DNA of 64,000 nt, from the NCBI GenBank assembly GCA_036785375.1, contig JAWMAR010001442.1:1-64000 (forward strand), given 5' to 3'. The notes beneath the pieces were generated by a model that saw only the letters and a list, made by a program, of their open reading frames with translations, was not told the DNA's origin and ran no database searches. A program made the position numbers and the translations under genes. How positions within the stretch are numbered: position 1 is the first letter of the stretch; every line of letters starts with the position of its first letter. Positions 60,926 to 64,000 of this stretch are shown here, piece by piece. The DNA comes from Leucoraja ocellata. Taxonomy: Eukaryota.

Positions 60926-63900
60926 ATAGTGGGACAGGTGGCATCTTTGAATAGAAGGAATGGGTGACGTTTCGGGCCTATCTTTGGTGTAAACCAGCAT
61001 CTGCAGTTCTTATATCACCCTCTCTATTTCTCGATTGCCTCACCCCAGACTCTCAGTCTGAAGAAGGGCCTTGACCTAAAACATCACCTACTCCAGCATT
61101 TTGTGACTATCTTAAATGTAGAACAAGATGGGGGCAAATAGGCTGGAAGAGTGACCAGAGTAAGACGCAATATATCAAATTCCCATCTACAGTGGATCAG
61201 TTCTTCTCATTATGGTGGTGTTTAGTTTGTACACAGTCTGTATTGGAGAACTTTATGCCTAGGCTTATTATTGTCATGTGTACTGAGATACAGTGAAAAG
61301 CTTTGTTTTTAGATACTTTTATTGTCTTTTATTGTCACCTGTACCAATTAAGGTCCAGTGATATTCGAATTACCCATACTAAAAAAGTAACAAGACACAC
61401 AACTACATGAAAGTTAACATAAACATCCACCACAGCAGATTCCCCACATTCGTCACTGTGATGGAAGGCAAAAGAGTAACCTCCTTCCCTGCAGTCGGAG
61501 GAGTTGAACCATGTGTCGGGGGCAATCGGAGCTCCCGCAGCCGGCGGTCGAAGCCCCTGCGTCAGGACAATCAAAGCTCCCGTGTTGAGCCGATCCAAGC
61601 TCCTGTGGCTTGGAGTTCCCGATGTCTGTCTCTGACCAGAGACTGCGGGCTCCGCGATGTTAAGTCCCGCAGGCTGCTGTGGTGAAGCCGCTATGTCACG
61701 AGCCATGTTCTCTTGCCAGAGAAATAAATACCTCCCGGCCAAATGATCTTTGGTGCAAGCATTGAATTTCGCAGAATAACTGCATTAATTTGTCCAACTT
61801 GTGTTTGTTTGTTTGCCACTCTGTAGCAACAACGTGCCGATACAAGTCGCACATCCTCAATTCCCAGGAAGAGCATGGTAAAGTGGCTCAGTCGGTGAGT
61901 AGAATAAAATAACACTGCATCTGGTTAACCCAGGGAGCATGGTCCCTCATTGATGTGTGGGAAGGAGCAGAACTGCAGATGCTGGTTTAAGCCGAAGATA
62001 GACACAAAAAGCTGGAATAACTCAGTGGGTCAGGCAGCATCTGTGGAGAAAAGGAATGGGTGACGTTTAGGATTGAGACCCTTCTTCAGACCGAGAGTCA
62101 GGGGTGAGGAAAACGAGAGATATGGAAGACATTTGAAAGCAGAGGTGCTGTTTGTCCCGCTGAGTTCCTCCAGCCTTTTGTGTCTATCTTTGGTTTTTCA
62201 TTGATCTTTGACATTGCCCTCCATGGTGAGTAGAGCCTTTTGGTTCCAGAGCCTTTCTGGATTATCCTCCGAGACTTTACTGGAGAACCTACCTGATCTC
62301 CCGGTTGCTCAACACTTAATTCCCCTCCCATTCCCACACTGACCTTTCAGTCCTGGGCCTCCTCCATAGTCAGAGTGAGGCCCAGAGGTTTGGGCGATCA
62401 AATTGAAATTAGCTTCCTTGAATTTGATGCCAGGAGATCTATTTAAAGAAGATTAAATCATTTAGTGGTTTAGCATGAGCATTGGCTGCAGCTCACTGCA
62501 TTGGACATAATTAGCAATGTTGGATACATGTAAACATGTATGACTCCAGACGCCTGACATTAGGGTGGTTGGAGGTACCCAGTTGTCTGAGACTGGTTTC
62601 ACAATTGCTGCTAGTCAGAGGGTGGTGATTGTGTGGAATTCTTTGCCACAGAAGGCTGTGGAGGCCATCAATGGATATTTCAAAGGCAGAGATAGATAAA
62701 TTTTTGTTTAAGAAAGAAACTGCAGATGCTGGAAAAATCGAAGGTAGACAAAATGCTGGAGGAACTCAGCGGGTGAGGCAGCATCTATGGAGCGAAGGAA
62801 TAGGTGACATTTAATGTCGAGACCCTTCTTCAGACTGACAGAGATAGATAGATTTTTGATTAGTGCGGGTGTCAGGGGTTATGTGGAGAAGGCAGGAGAA
62901 CTGGGTTAGGAGGGAGGGATAGATCAGCCATGATTGAATGGCGGAGTGGATTTGATGGGCCGCATGGTCTAATTCTGCTCCTATCACTTATGAACTTATG
63001 AATAGAACCTCAAATTTTGCTTGGGCAGCTTACACCCCAGTAGTATAAACATTGACTTCTCTAACTTCAAGTAGCTCTTGCTTTCCCTCTCTCTCCAACA
63101 CCCCCCCTTCCCAGTTCTCCCACTAATCTTACTGTCTCTGGCTATGTTTTATCTCTGTGCCTCCCACTCCCTGTCATCAGTCTGAACAAGGGTCTCAACC
63201 CGAAACGACACCCATTCCTTCTCTCCAGAGATGCTGCCTGTCCCGTTGAGTTACTCCAGCATTTTGTGTCTTTTCTTCGATTCAAAAGACATTTTGACAG
63301 GTTCGGAAGTAGGAAAGGTTGAGAGGGATATGGGCCAAGTGCAGGCAGGTGGGATTAGAGTTTTTACGTTCTCTCTGTGACTGCGTGGGTTTTCTCCAGG
63401 TGCTCCGATTTCCTCCCACATTCCAAAGACGTGCAGGTGTGTAGTTTAGTTCTGAAATTTGCCCCCAGTGAGTAGGGTAGACCTAGTGTACAGGTGATCG
63501 CTGGTCAGCGTGTACTTAGTGGGTGGAACGGCCTGTTTCCATGTTGTATCTCTAAAGGAAGCTTCTATGGAATGACAGTCTATCATTTCACCACATTGAG
63601 CAATACTCTCTGTATCCTGGACATCACCACAATCCCATTTACTTGTCCATCATATGTTAACAGCTCAGTTAACATTGAACCCTCACTCTTAAATGACAGG
63701 AGCAGAAGTAGACCATTCTGCCCATCAGGTTTACTCCACCATTCAATTAAGGCTGATCTATCTTTCAGTCTCAACCTCATTCTCCTGTCTTCTCCCTATA
63801 ACCCCTGACACTCGTTCTAATCAAGAATCTATCTATCTCCGCCTAAAAAATATCCAATGAGTTGGCCTCCACAGCTGCCTGTGGCAATGAATTCCGCAGA

Positions 63901-64000
63901 TTCACCTTCTGGCTAAGGACATTCCTCCTGGTCTCCTTCTTAAAGGAATGTCATTTAATTCTGAGGTTCTGGTCCTTGACTAGGGGTTGCCAACCTTTTT

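Noticed and set aside
36000-64000. Additional V segments, TCR segments or a neighbouring Ig cluster upstream of VH
   Set aside because: No Ig-domain peptide or complete RSS was found; the region is almost entirely repeats.

Overview
Eukaryotic genomic DNA from a cartilaginous fish, most likely a skate (Rajidae). The window holds one complete immunoglobulin heavy-chain minilocus of the IgW (IgX) isotype on the minus strand, from about 35.8 kb down to 6.4 kb. Order: TATA, leader exon, VH with RSS-23, D1 (12/22), D2 (12/12), JH with RSS-23, CH1, a Cys-rich short secretory tail exon, CH3, CH4, CH5, CH6 with tailpiece and polyA signal, then a second CH3/CH4-like pair, TM1 and TM2. All segments are unrearranged, and all exons except the CH4-like copy have intact frames and GT/AG sites. 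Main oddities: (1) no CH2 exon between CH1 and the short tail, where a 3'-truncated CR1 sits at the likely deletion junction; (2) a ~520-bp array of 20-bp GAGCT/TGCT/G-run units resembling a switch region in the JH-CH1 intron; (3) a duplicated CH3'/CH4' pair downstream of the secretory polyA site, with CH4' lacking its normal acceptor; (4) the CH6 internal membrane donor reads GC rather than GT; (5) two further candidate Cys-containing secretory tail exons. The rest is dense with repeats: CR1, Tx1 and Rex/Babar LINE fragments, Penelope-like fragments with minimal hammerhead ribozyme motifs, tRNA-derived SINEs, Harbinger, Tigger-like and Mutator-like elements, a Helitron end and a possible decayed KDZ transposase. 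Isotype and exon numbering rest on my recollection of the skate IgX protein and were not checked against a database. Repeat boundaries are approximate.
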